A stretch of 64,000 nucleotides of DNA from NCBI GenBank assembly GCA_046483045.1, contig JAWODY010000081.1, positions 98,666 to 162,665 on the forward strand, given 5' to 3'. Positions 57,203 through 64,000 of the stretch are shown here, piece after piece. The translations under genes and the position numbers were made by a program. Under the pieces are notes generated by a model. The model saw only the letters and a program-made list of their open reading frames with translations. It searched no databases and was not told where the DNA came from. Numbering within the stretch: the stretch's first letter is position 1; the number at the start of each line of letters is the position of its first letter. The stretch comes from Anaerolineales bacterium (GTDB lineage: Bacteria; Chloroflexota; Anaerolineae; Anaerolineales; UBA11858).

Positions 57203-59275
57203 ATGAGGGTCATTTACCCATTTACGGCTGTCGTCGGTCAAGAACGAATGAAACGGGCCTTGGTGCTCAACGCCGTCAACACGCGCATTGGCGGCGTGTT
57301 GATTCGGGGTGAACGGGGAACGGCAAAATCCACTGCTGCCCGCGCGCTGGCGGCCCTTTTACCCGAGGTGAAAACCTTTGCGGACTGTCGGTTCGGCTGC
57401 CATCCTGATCGTCCCTCCACCTGGTGCACGGAATGCAAAGAGAAAGCGGAAAAGGGTGTGGACCGGAGCATCGAAATGCTCCCCACTCCATTCATCAACC
57501 TCCCGGTTTCCGCCACGGAAGACCGGGTTGTAGGCACGCTGGACATCGAGAAAGCCATTCAAAAAGGGGAGCGGCATTTCGAACCGGGCGTATTGGCGGA
57601 TGCCAACCGCGGGCTTCTGTACATTGACGAGGTCAATTTGCTCGATGATCACGTCGTGGATCTCCTCCTGGATTCTGCCGCCATGGGAATGAACATTGTA
57701 GAGCGAGAGGGCATCTCCTTCCGGCATCCAGCCCGCTTCATCCTGGTCGGGACCATGAACCCCGAGGAAGGGGATCTGCGCCCCCAATTATTAGACCGTT
57801 TTGCGCTCTCCGTAAATATCCGGGGCATCCGCGACACTCGCGAGCGGGTTTTGATCATGGAACGCCACCTGGCATACGAACGGAACCCGGAAGGCTTCCG
57901 GGAAACATGGCTCCCTAAAGAAAGGGAACTCTCCCAAAAGATCAAAAAGGCCCGCTCACTCCTACCCCAGGTCACATATTCCACAAAAAACATGGTCGAC
58001 ATCGCCAACTTGAGCACCTCCCTGCATGTGGACGGCCACCGCTCAGACCTGGTGATTTTGAAAACCGCCCGGGCCCACGCGGCCTTTGAGGGGCGCACGG
58101 AAATCACTGGCCGGGATATTGCTCTGGCGGCCGAATTGGCCTACCCCCACCGCCTGAAGCGCGGACCCTTCCGGGAGACGGAAATCAGCGCGGAAGAACT
58201 GGCGGAGCGGATTGACGCCTTGAAAGGATCACAAAGAGGGTCTGAGGAAAAGAAAGGCGAAGAGAGAGAAGAATCCTCGACGGAATCCACAAATTCCAGG
58301 GGGGAAAAGGGAAAAAAAAAGAAGCCAGTAGACTCCGTTAGGGAAAAGGAAGCACCCCCGCCTCCCGCTGCTGACCCGGGCGCGAAGGAAGTTTTCGAAA
58401 CGGCTTCAGCGGATTGGTGGGATGGGGGTGAAGAGGTTGATATCGGGGAAACCTTTGACCCCGACCACATAGAATCGCCCCTTGATACACTGAAAAGAAA
58501 AGACAGCGGGAGGCGGTCTGAAACCCGGTCGGACCGCAAACGCGGCCGCTACATTCAGGCCCGACCTGCCAAGGGTGACTTCCGGGACGTCGCTTTCGAC
58601 GCCACCTTCCGGGCTGCTGCTCCCTATCAAAAACAGCGCCAGGACCTGAGGGAGAACCTAGCCTTCGCCATTCGACCGGACGATGTTCAACGCAAAGTCC
58701 GGGTGCAGAAAACCGGGAATCTGATCCTTTTCGTGGTCGATGCCTCGTGGTCCATGGCGGTTGCAGAACGTATGCGCGCCACCAAAGGCGCCATCCTTTC
58801 CTTGTTAACGGACGCCTACCAGAGGCGGGACCAGGTGGGGCTGGTAGTCTTTCAGAAAGACCGCGCCCTTTTAGTTCTCCCCCCCACCAATTCCACGGAA
58901 CTTGCCACAAAAGCCCTGATTAACATTCCCATTGGCGGGAAAACGCCGCTGTCTGCCGGTTTGTCGATGGCACATGACGTGCTGAACAAAGAAAAGATAA
59001 CCCATCCAGATATCCGCCCCTTGTTGATCCTCCTCACAGACGGCGTGGGAAACGTCTCAATGACAGAGATGGCACCCCAGCAGGAAGCTTATAAAATCGC
59101 CGAACAAATCGCCAAGGATGAGATCCCCAGCCTGGTCATCAACATGGAACACCAGGATTTTGACAAGGGACTAGCCCGAAAAATATCGGATCATCTGGGT
59201 GCTACCTATTACAACATGGCGGATTTACATGCGGAAAAAATTGTCCAAACCGTGAAAGGAGAAATAGGAGAATGA
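57203..59275 (+). CDS. ChlI/BchI-like AAA+ domain fused to ChlD/BchD-like vWA domain (chelatase-like ATPase)
   Basis: 690 aa. YPFTAVVGQERMKRAL, a P-loop variant GERGTAKST, Walker B LLYIDEVNLLDDHVVD, and VGTMNPEEGDLRPQLLDRF. A charged Pro-rich linker follows. The vWA domain has a MIDAS motif DASWSM. Confidence 0.8.
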   Translation: MRVIYPFTAVVGQERMKRALVLNAVNTRIGGVLIRGERGTAKSTAARALAALLPEVKTFADCRFGCHPDRPSTWCTECKEKAEKGVDRSIEMLPTPFINLPVSATEDRVVGTLDIEKAIQKGERHFEPGVLADANRGLLYIDEVNLLDDHVVDLLLDSAAMGMNIVEREGISFRHPARFILVGTMNPEEGDLRPQLLDRFALSVNIRGIRDTRERVLIMERHLAYERNPEGFRETWLPKERELSQKIKKARSLLPQVTYSTKNMVDIANLSTSLHVDGHRSDLVILKTARAHAAFEGRTEITGRDIALAAELAYPHRLKRGPFRETEISAEELAERIDALKGSQRGSEEKKGEEREESSTESTNSRGEKGKKKKPVDSVREKEAPPPPAADPGAKEVFETASADWWDGGEEVDIGETFDPDHIESPLDTLKRKDSGRRSETRSDRKRGRYIQARPAKGDFRDVAFDATFRAAAPYQKQRQDLRENLAFAIRPDDVQRKVRVQKTGNLILFVVDASWSMAVAERMRATKGAILSLLTDAYQRRDQVGLVVFQKDRALLVLPPTNSTELATKALINIPIGGKTPLSAGLSMAHDVLNKEKITHPDIRPLLILLTDGVGNVSMTEMAPQQEAYKIAEQIAKDEIPSLVINMEHQDFDKGLARKISDHLGATYYNMADLHAEKIVQTVKGEIGE

Positions 59276-60441
59276 CCCCTCAAACCGCCTCCCGCCTCCT
59301 GCGCTTCACAGAATCCATCATCCGCGATATGACGCGTATCGCCAACCAGCATCAGGCCATTAACCTCTCACAGGGATTTCCTGATTTCGATCCTCCCGGG
59401 GAATTAATTCAGGCAGCCGTGGGGGCGCTGCGCTCTGGACACAACCAGTACGGGCTGACCTGGGGGACACAGCGTTTCCGGGAAGCATTAGCCCAGAAAG
59501 CGGGCCGCTTCATGAACCTGCCCATCGACCCGGACACTGAAATCACGGTCACCTGCGGCAGCACAGAAGCCATGCTGGCCTCGTTGATGGCGGTCGTTAA
59601 TCCCGGCGACAGTGTGATCCTCTTTTCCCCCGTTTACGAAAACTATTTTCCCGACACCATCCTCGCTGGAGCAGAACCGGTCTATGTTCCCCTCTATCCC
59701 CCTGAGTATACGTTCGATCCCCGAGAGCTCCGGGGGGCTTTCAAAAAAACGGGTGCCAAAGCGCTCATCCTCTGCAACCCTTCCAATCCCACCGGCAAGG
59801 TATTCACGCTGGAGGAGCTGTCCCTCATCGCTGAGCTTGCCTACGCACATGACGCGTTCGTGATCACCGATGAGGTCTACGAACACATCGTTTATCCACC
59901 TCACCATCACACCTATATGGCCAGCCTGCCGGATATGTTTGCGCGAACCATCACCTGCAGCTCGCTTTCCAAAACCTTTGCGGTCACCGGTTGGAGAGTG
60001 GGTTACGCGATTGCCCCCGCTGAGGTCACGGAAGGGATCCGGAAAGTGCACGATTACCTGACCATCGGAGCGCCCACGCCCCTACAGGAAGCCGCTGTCA
60101 CCGCCCTGAACTTCCCTGATCATTATTATCAGGACCTTCTGACGAAATACACGCAGCGCAGGGACCTCTTTCTGGATTACCTCGACCGCGCCGGGCTACA
60201 ATATACCCAACCTCAGGGTGCGTATTACGTGATGGTGGACATCTCGCCCTTCCAGATGGAGGACGACACCTCCTTCTGTTACTGGCTGGCCCGGGAGATC
60301 GGGGTGGCAGCCGTTCCAGGAGACAGCTTCTATCCCTACCTCCAATCCCCCACGGGGTTGATCCGTCTGCACTTCGCCAAGAGCGAGTCTTTATTAATGG
60401 AAGCTGGAGAACGCTTGTTGAAACTCGAGCAATACACATGA
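59272..60441 (+). CDS. class I/II pyridoxal-phosphate-dependent aminotransferase
   Basis: 389 aa. NPSNPTG and a PLP-lysine motif SLSKTFAVTGWRVGY. The start overlaps the upstream stop (ATGA). Confidence 0.85.
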   Translation: MTPQTASRLLRFTESIIRDMTRIANQHQAINLSQGFPDFDPPGELIQAAVGALRSGHNQYGLTWGTQRFREALAQKAGRFMNLPIDPDTEITVTCGSTEAMLASLMAVVNPGDSVILFSPVYENYFPDTILAGAEPVYVPLYPPEYTFDPRELRGAFKKTGAKALILCNPSNPTGKVFTLEELSLIAELAYAHDAFVITDEVYEHIVYPPHHHTYMASLPDMFARTITCSSLSKTFAVTGWRVGYAIAPAEVTEGIRKVHDYLTIGAPTPLQEAAVTALNFPDHYYQDLLTKYTQRRDLFLDYLDRAGLQYTQPQGAYYVMVDISPFQMEDDTSFCYWLAREIGVAAVPGDSFYPYLQSPTGLIRLHFAKSESLLMEAGERLLKLEQYT

Positions 60442-60460
60442 AATGCCCCAATAAAACGCT

Positions 60461-63040
60461 ATGATCCCCATTTCTCTCACCCTTTCTGGATTCCTCTCCT
60501 ATCAAAAACCCGTGGAGATCGACTTTACCTCTTTTGACCTGGCCTGTATTGCCGGCCGAAACGGCGCCGGAAAATCATCCATTCTGGATGCCATGACCTG
60601 GGCACTATTCGGCAGGGCCCGGAAACACGACGAGTCCGTGATCAACACCCAATCCAAACAGGCTGTGGTCAGCTTCGTTTTCTCCTACGAAGGGAACACC
60701 TATAAAATTACCCGCTCCAACCCGCGGGGTGAGACTAAAATAGTAGAGTTTCAAATCCAACAAGAGGATGAGGGCAAAGAAGACCCGAAATGGAAACCTC
60801 TCACCGAGCGCACCCTGCGTGAGACGGACCAAAAAATTGAAGAGGTGCTCCGGCTGGATTATGAAACATTCATCAACGCGGCCTTCTTCTTACAGGGGGA
60901 AGCGGATCAATTCACCAAATTGAGCCCCAGTGATCGAAAGCGGATCCTGTCCCAGATTCTGGGTCTGGAGGTGTGGGAAACATATCGAAAACGAACCTTC
61001 CAGAAAAGAAAAGAGGTGGAATCAGAGATCGACCAACTGGACGGGCGACTCAGGGAAATCTCCCAGGAGCTGGAAGAGGAGGAAACCCGCGTAGAGCGCC
61101 TCTCCCAGCTGGAATCGGAGCTTGAAAAGGCGGTCAAGGCTCGCCAGGCCCAAGAAGCCAATTTGGAGAATATCCTGGCCGTGGAAGCATCCCTGAAGGA
61201 ACAAACCAAATTCGTGGAGTCCCTGGCCAGGCAGGTGAACAAAGGGGAAGGTAAGCTGGAAAAACTTCAGGAACGCCTGCAACAACGCGAGACTGAAAAA
61301 GAATCCCTGACCGAGACCATAGACCTGGCACAGAAAATCCATAAAGAATACCAGGAATGGCAAAAAGCAAAACAGGACCTTGCTGAATGGGAAGAGATCG
61401 CGAAAAAATTCCGGGAGCAAGAAAAACTACGCCAAGCCCCTTTACAGGAGATCGCTGCTGAGAAAGCCCGATTAACCCAGGAATTAGATTCCTTCCGAGA
61501 ACGACATCGCAAACTGCAAACGCCCCTGGAAAATGTCCCTGTACTCGAAAATCAGCTGGCTGCCCTTGAAAAAGAGATCGCCGCCGCTGAGGAAGACCTT
61601 CAAAAACGGGACCAATTGCAGGAGGCATTGGAGGAGGCACGACAAAAACAAGCGGATGCCAACGCTGAAAACCCGGTCCTGCGAGAGGAAATGAACGAAT
61701 TGAAGGAGCGGATTCAAGAACTCAAAGAGGCGGAAGGGGCTGCATGTCCGTTGTGTGGGCAGGATTTATCCCCAGAAGAAAGGGAGGACCTCATCCAGCG
61801 CCTGGAATCGGAAGGGAAAGAAATGGGAGACCGGTTCCGGGAGAACAAAGCGGTTCTCTCAAAAGCGGGACAGGTCGTCAAGGATCTTCGCTTAAAGATC
61901 ACCGAGTTGAGCACAATGGAGGACAAAGTCCGGGAACGGACCAAGGAGGCAGACAAGATCCGCAACCGGCTGGCCCAAATTCAGGAGCGGAAAGAAGAAT
62001 GGGAAACGGAGTCCGCGCCGCGCCTGGAAGAAATTGAGTCCATTCTGGCGGAGGAGACTTATGCTCCGGAGGCGAGAGAGAAACTGGCAGAGATCAACGC
62101 CCGGCTGAAAGAGATTGGATATGACGCTGCCCGGCATGATGATATACAGAATAAGGTGGAGCAGGGAAACTCCATTCAAGAACGGATGGGAGAATTGGAG
62201 AAGGCCCGGGCCGCTCTCTCTCCCCTAGAACGAGAGCTTGATGAATTATCCGCCCAGATCAGGGTTGAAGAGGAAGAACTGGCGGAGCATAAGGCAGAAT
62301 TAGTGGAAGCCCAGGAAGCCCTTCAATCTGCCAAAGCACAAGCCCCGGACAAAGAAGAGGCGGAGAGGGAGTTGCTGGCTTTGAAAGAAAGGGAAAACGT
62401 CCTGCAAAGAGAGGTCGGGGCGGCGGAACAAAAGGTGAATGTGCTCGAAAAACAAAGAATCCGCAGGGCCCAACTGGAACAGGTACGGGAGGATTTACGG
62501 CGCAAGGTCAGCCAGTACAAGCAGTTAGAGGAAGCATTCAGCAAAAATGGGGTTCCTGCCTTACTCATCGAACAGGCTCTCCCCAATATCGAATCCAAAG
62601 CCAACCAGCTCTTGGAGCGGTTGAGCGGGGGAGGGATGTCCGTGCGTTTCCTGACCCAACGGGAATACAAAGATACCAGCCGGGAGGACCTCAAGGAAAC
62701 GCTCGACATCCAGATCCGAGATCAATCCGGGGTCCGTGATTACGAGATGTATTCGGGGGGTGAATCTTTTCGGGTTAATTTTGCCATCCGCCTGGCCCTG
62801 TCTCACATCCTGGCCCAACGGGCAGGGGCCCGGCTGCAAACCCTGGTCATCGATGAAGGTTTTGGAAGCCAAGATGAGATGGGCAGGCAGCGGCTGATCG
62901 AAGCTATTAACCTCATCCGGGATGATTTCAAAAAAATCCTGGTCATCACTCACATCGAGGAGATGAAAGACAAATTCTCTACACAGCTTCACGTGGAAAA
63001 AACGCCACAGGGCTCCCAGGTGACATCCAATCCTTTCTGA
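60461..63040 (+). CDS. sbcC: SbcC/Rad50-family SMC-like ATPase
   Basis: 859 aa. Walker A GRNGAGKSS, long coiled coils, zinc hook CPLCGQ at mid-length, signature YSGGESFR, and Walker B LVIDEGFG. Confidence 0.85.
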   Translation: MIPISLTLSGFLSYQKPVEIDFTSFDLACIAGRNGAGKSSILDAMTWALFGRARKHDESVINTQSKQAVVSFVFSYEGNTYKITRSNPRGETKIVEFQIQQEDEGKEDPKWKPLTERTLRETDQKIEEVLRLDYETFINAAFFLQGEADQFTKLSPSDRKRILSQILGLEVWETYRKRTFQKRKEVESEIDQLDGRLREISQELEEEETRVERLSQLESELEKAVKARQAQEANLENILAVEASLKEQTKFVESLARQVNKGEGKLEKLQERLQQRETEKESLTETIDLAQKIHKEYQEWQKAKQDLAEWEEIAKKFREQEKLRQAPLQEIAAEKARLTQELDSFRERHRKLQTPLENVPVLENQLAALEKEIAAAEEDLQKRDQLQEALEEARQKQADANAENPVLREEMNELKERIQELKEAEGAACPLCGQDLSPEEREDLIQRLESEGKEMGDRFRENKAVLSKAGQVVKDLRLKITELSTMEDKVRERTKEADKIRNRLAQIQERKEEWETESAPRLEEIESILAEETYAPEAREKLAEINARLKEIGYDAARHDDIQNKVEQGNSIQERMGELEKARAALSPLERELDELSAQIRVEEEELAEHKAELVEAQEALQSAKAQAPDKEEAERELLALKERENVLQREVGAAEQKVNVLEKQRIRRAQLEQVREDLRRKVSQYKQLEEAFSKNGVPALLIEQALPNIESKANQLLERLSGGGMSVRFLTQREYKDTSREDLKETLDIQIRDQSGVRDYEMYSGGESFRVNFAIRLALSHILAQRAGARLQTLVIDEGFGSQDEMGRQRLIEAINLIRDDFKKILVITHIEEMKDKFSTQLHVEKTPQGSQVTSNPF

Positions 63041-63179
63041 GTTGAATTAGATTACCTTTCTTTCATCAAGCATGGTAAGATGAAATCGACACATCCCATC
63101 TAACGAAACGCTTGGTAGGAATCGGTCAAAACCATATCTTGGGAAGATATGAAATTTTACAGGATGAAAAGGAGAACAT

Positions 63180-63506
63180 ATGAGTGACCTTGAATATGTC
63201 ACAGATGATACATTTGAAGAAGAAGTTTTGAACGCAGACGGCCCGGTATTAATCGACTTTACGGCCTCATGGTGTGGGCCATGCAAAATGTTAGCTCCCG
63301 TGATCACCGAATTAGCTAAGGAATGGGAAGGGAAGGTCAAAGTCCGCAAATTTGATGTGGACAAAAACAAGGAAATGCCCCAGAAATTTGGCATCATGGG
63401 TGTCCCCACCCTGATACTCTTCAAGAACGGGGAAATTTCGGAACGGGTGACCGGTTTTAAACCGAAAAAACAACTCAAAAAGAAATTTTCTCCCCACCTG
63501 GAGTAA
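63180..63506 (+). CDS. trxA: thioredoxin
   Basis: 108 aa with a WCGPCK active site. Confidence 0.93.
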   Translation: MSDLEYVTDDTFEEEVLNADGPVLIDFTASWCGPCKMLAPVITELAKEWEGKVKVRKFDVDKNKEMPQKFGIMGVPTLILFKNGEISERVTGFKPKKQLKKKFSPHLE

Positions 63507-63537
63507 TCACATCGTCCCCCACGAGTAAACCTCAAAA

Positions 63538-63567
63538 GGAGTGGAAAACGATCTTCCACTCCTTTTT
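63538..63567 (+). terminator. rho-independent terminator of trxA
   Basis: 9-bp stem GGAGTGGAA/TTCCACTCC with a 7-nt loop, followed by T5. Confidence 0.8.
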
Positions 63568-63646
63568 ATCTTCCATGCCAGGCCTGCAGCTTGATCCACA
63601 CCTTGGGGAAAAAGAAAGCAGGCAGGGCATCCTCCCAGGGGCGCCC

Positions 63647-63674
63647 TTGACAAAACCCGCCCCCAGAATATAAT
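63647..63674 (+). promoter_or_regulatory. near-consensus promoter of the Fur-family gene
   Basis: TTGACA (63647-63652), 16-nt spacer, TATAAT (63669-63674). The imperfect dyad TGCAAATATTCGCA (63684-63697) lies at the predicted start region. Confidence 0.65.
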
Positions 63675-63714
63675 TATCGTTACTGCAAATATTCGCAACT
63701 AGAAAAACTGGAAT

Positions 63715-64000
63715 ATGATCATGATCGAGGATCATAATTATCTGACCACGCTGAAAGAGCGGGGGTACCGGATCACACCCCAGCGGGAGATGATCATCGA
63801 AACCATCGCCCGCAACCCAACTCACTTCACCGCCGACGAGATCCACACCCAAATACAAACCCGTGTGAAGTCCCTGAACATAGCTACTGTGTACCGAACC
63901 CTTGAGCTCCTGGTCGAAGAGGGAATGGTGTGCCGTTCCGATTTCGGGGAGGGCCACATCATTTACGCCCCTGAAGATCACGGGCCCCACATCCATTTGG
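63715..64000 (+). CDS. Fur-family metalloregulator (Fur/Zur/PerR type), 3' end beyond window
   Basis: My translation gives MIMIEDHNYLTTLKERGYRITPQREMIIETIARNPTHFTADEIHTQIQ...IATVYRTLELLVEEGMV, a typical Fur-family winged helix. The track shows only an antisense ORF here. Confidence 0.8.
   Translation, partial: MIMIEDHNYLTTLKERGYRITPQREMIIETIARNPTHFTADEIHTQIQTRVKSLNIATVYRTLELLVEEGMVCRSDFGEGHIIYAPEDHGPHIHL

Noticed and set aside
60442-63179. Search for sbcD next to sbcC, and for groES next to groEL (9345-9622)
   Set aside because: No ORF of suitable size or motif (the DxH...GDxxD nuclease motif, or a ~95-aa GroES) exists in the flanking regions. Absence is reported in the findings rather than as a feature.
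63047-63996. Minus-strand ORFs 63047-63559 and 63532-63996
   Set aside because: They are antisense to thioredoxin (WCGPC) and to the Fur-family gene, both of which have clear family signatures, promoters and a terminator on the plus strand.

Overview
Dense 64-kb chromosomal segment with about 55 protein genes on both strands. Content is mostly housekeeping. Protein sequences and gene order suggest a Chloroflexota (Anaerolineae-like) bacterium, but this taxon call is only a weak inference. Left to right: prmA (partial)-dnaJ-dnaK-grpE-hrcA heat-shock operon with CIRCE operators; trmD; two tandem membrane-anchored TPR proteins; a solo groEL with its own CIRCE; RNase J behind a long leader; pcm; M42 peptidase; acyltransferase; GT-C glycosyltransferase; bisphosphate nucleotidase; rimO; RodZ-like protein; L9; MFS transporter; gmk-rhomboid; FmdB zinc ribbon; tmk; R3H/AAA ATPase plus an unknown 320-aa protein; pdxS-pdxT; spoVS; cupin; DUF166 plus an ABC exporter; cytochrome c; a maltodextrin cluster (GH57, GH13, malGFE, marR); ligA-polX; GNAT; M48 protease; MBL hydrolase; clpC; S1; a ChlI/ChlD-like AAA-vWA fusion plus aminotransferase plus SbcC; trxA; a Fur-family gene (partial). 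I recognised no rRNA, tRNA, CRISPR array, transposase or integrase. The most unusual feature is a pair of diverged, oppositely oriented copies of a ~174-bp element (32422-32594 and 52600-52773). Each copy is bounded by ~35-bp inverted termini that read as inward-facing TTGACA promoters overlapping GAAC-N4-GTTC-like dyads. The two copies bracket exactly the 20-kb accessory-looking block, and every disrupted gene in the window (cupin, ABC-2 permease, MBL hydrolase) lies near one of them. Secondary leads are structured leaders upstream of pdxS and rnj, an orphan chelatase-like/aminotransferase/SbcC operon lacking ChlH/CobN and SbcD partners, and several lineage-specific protein extensions. All alignments and folds were done by eye, so functional claims about the repeat element are hypotheses.
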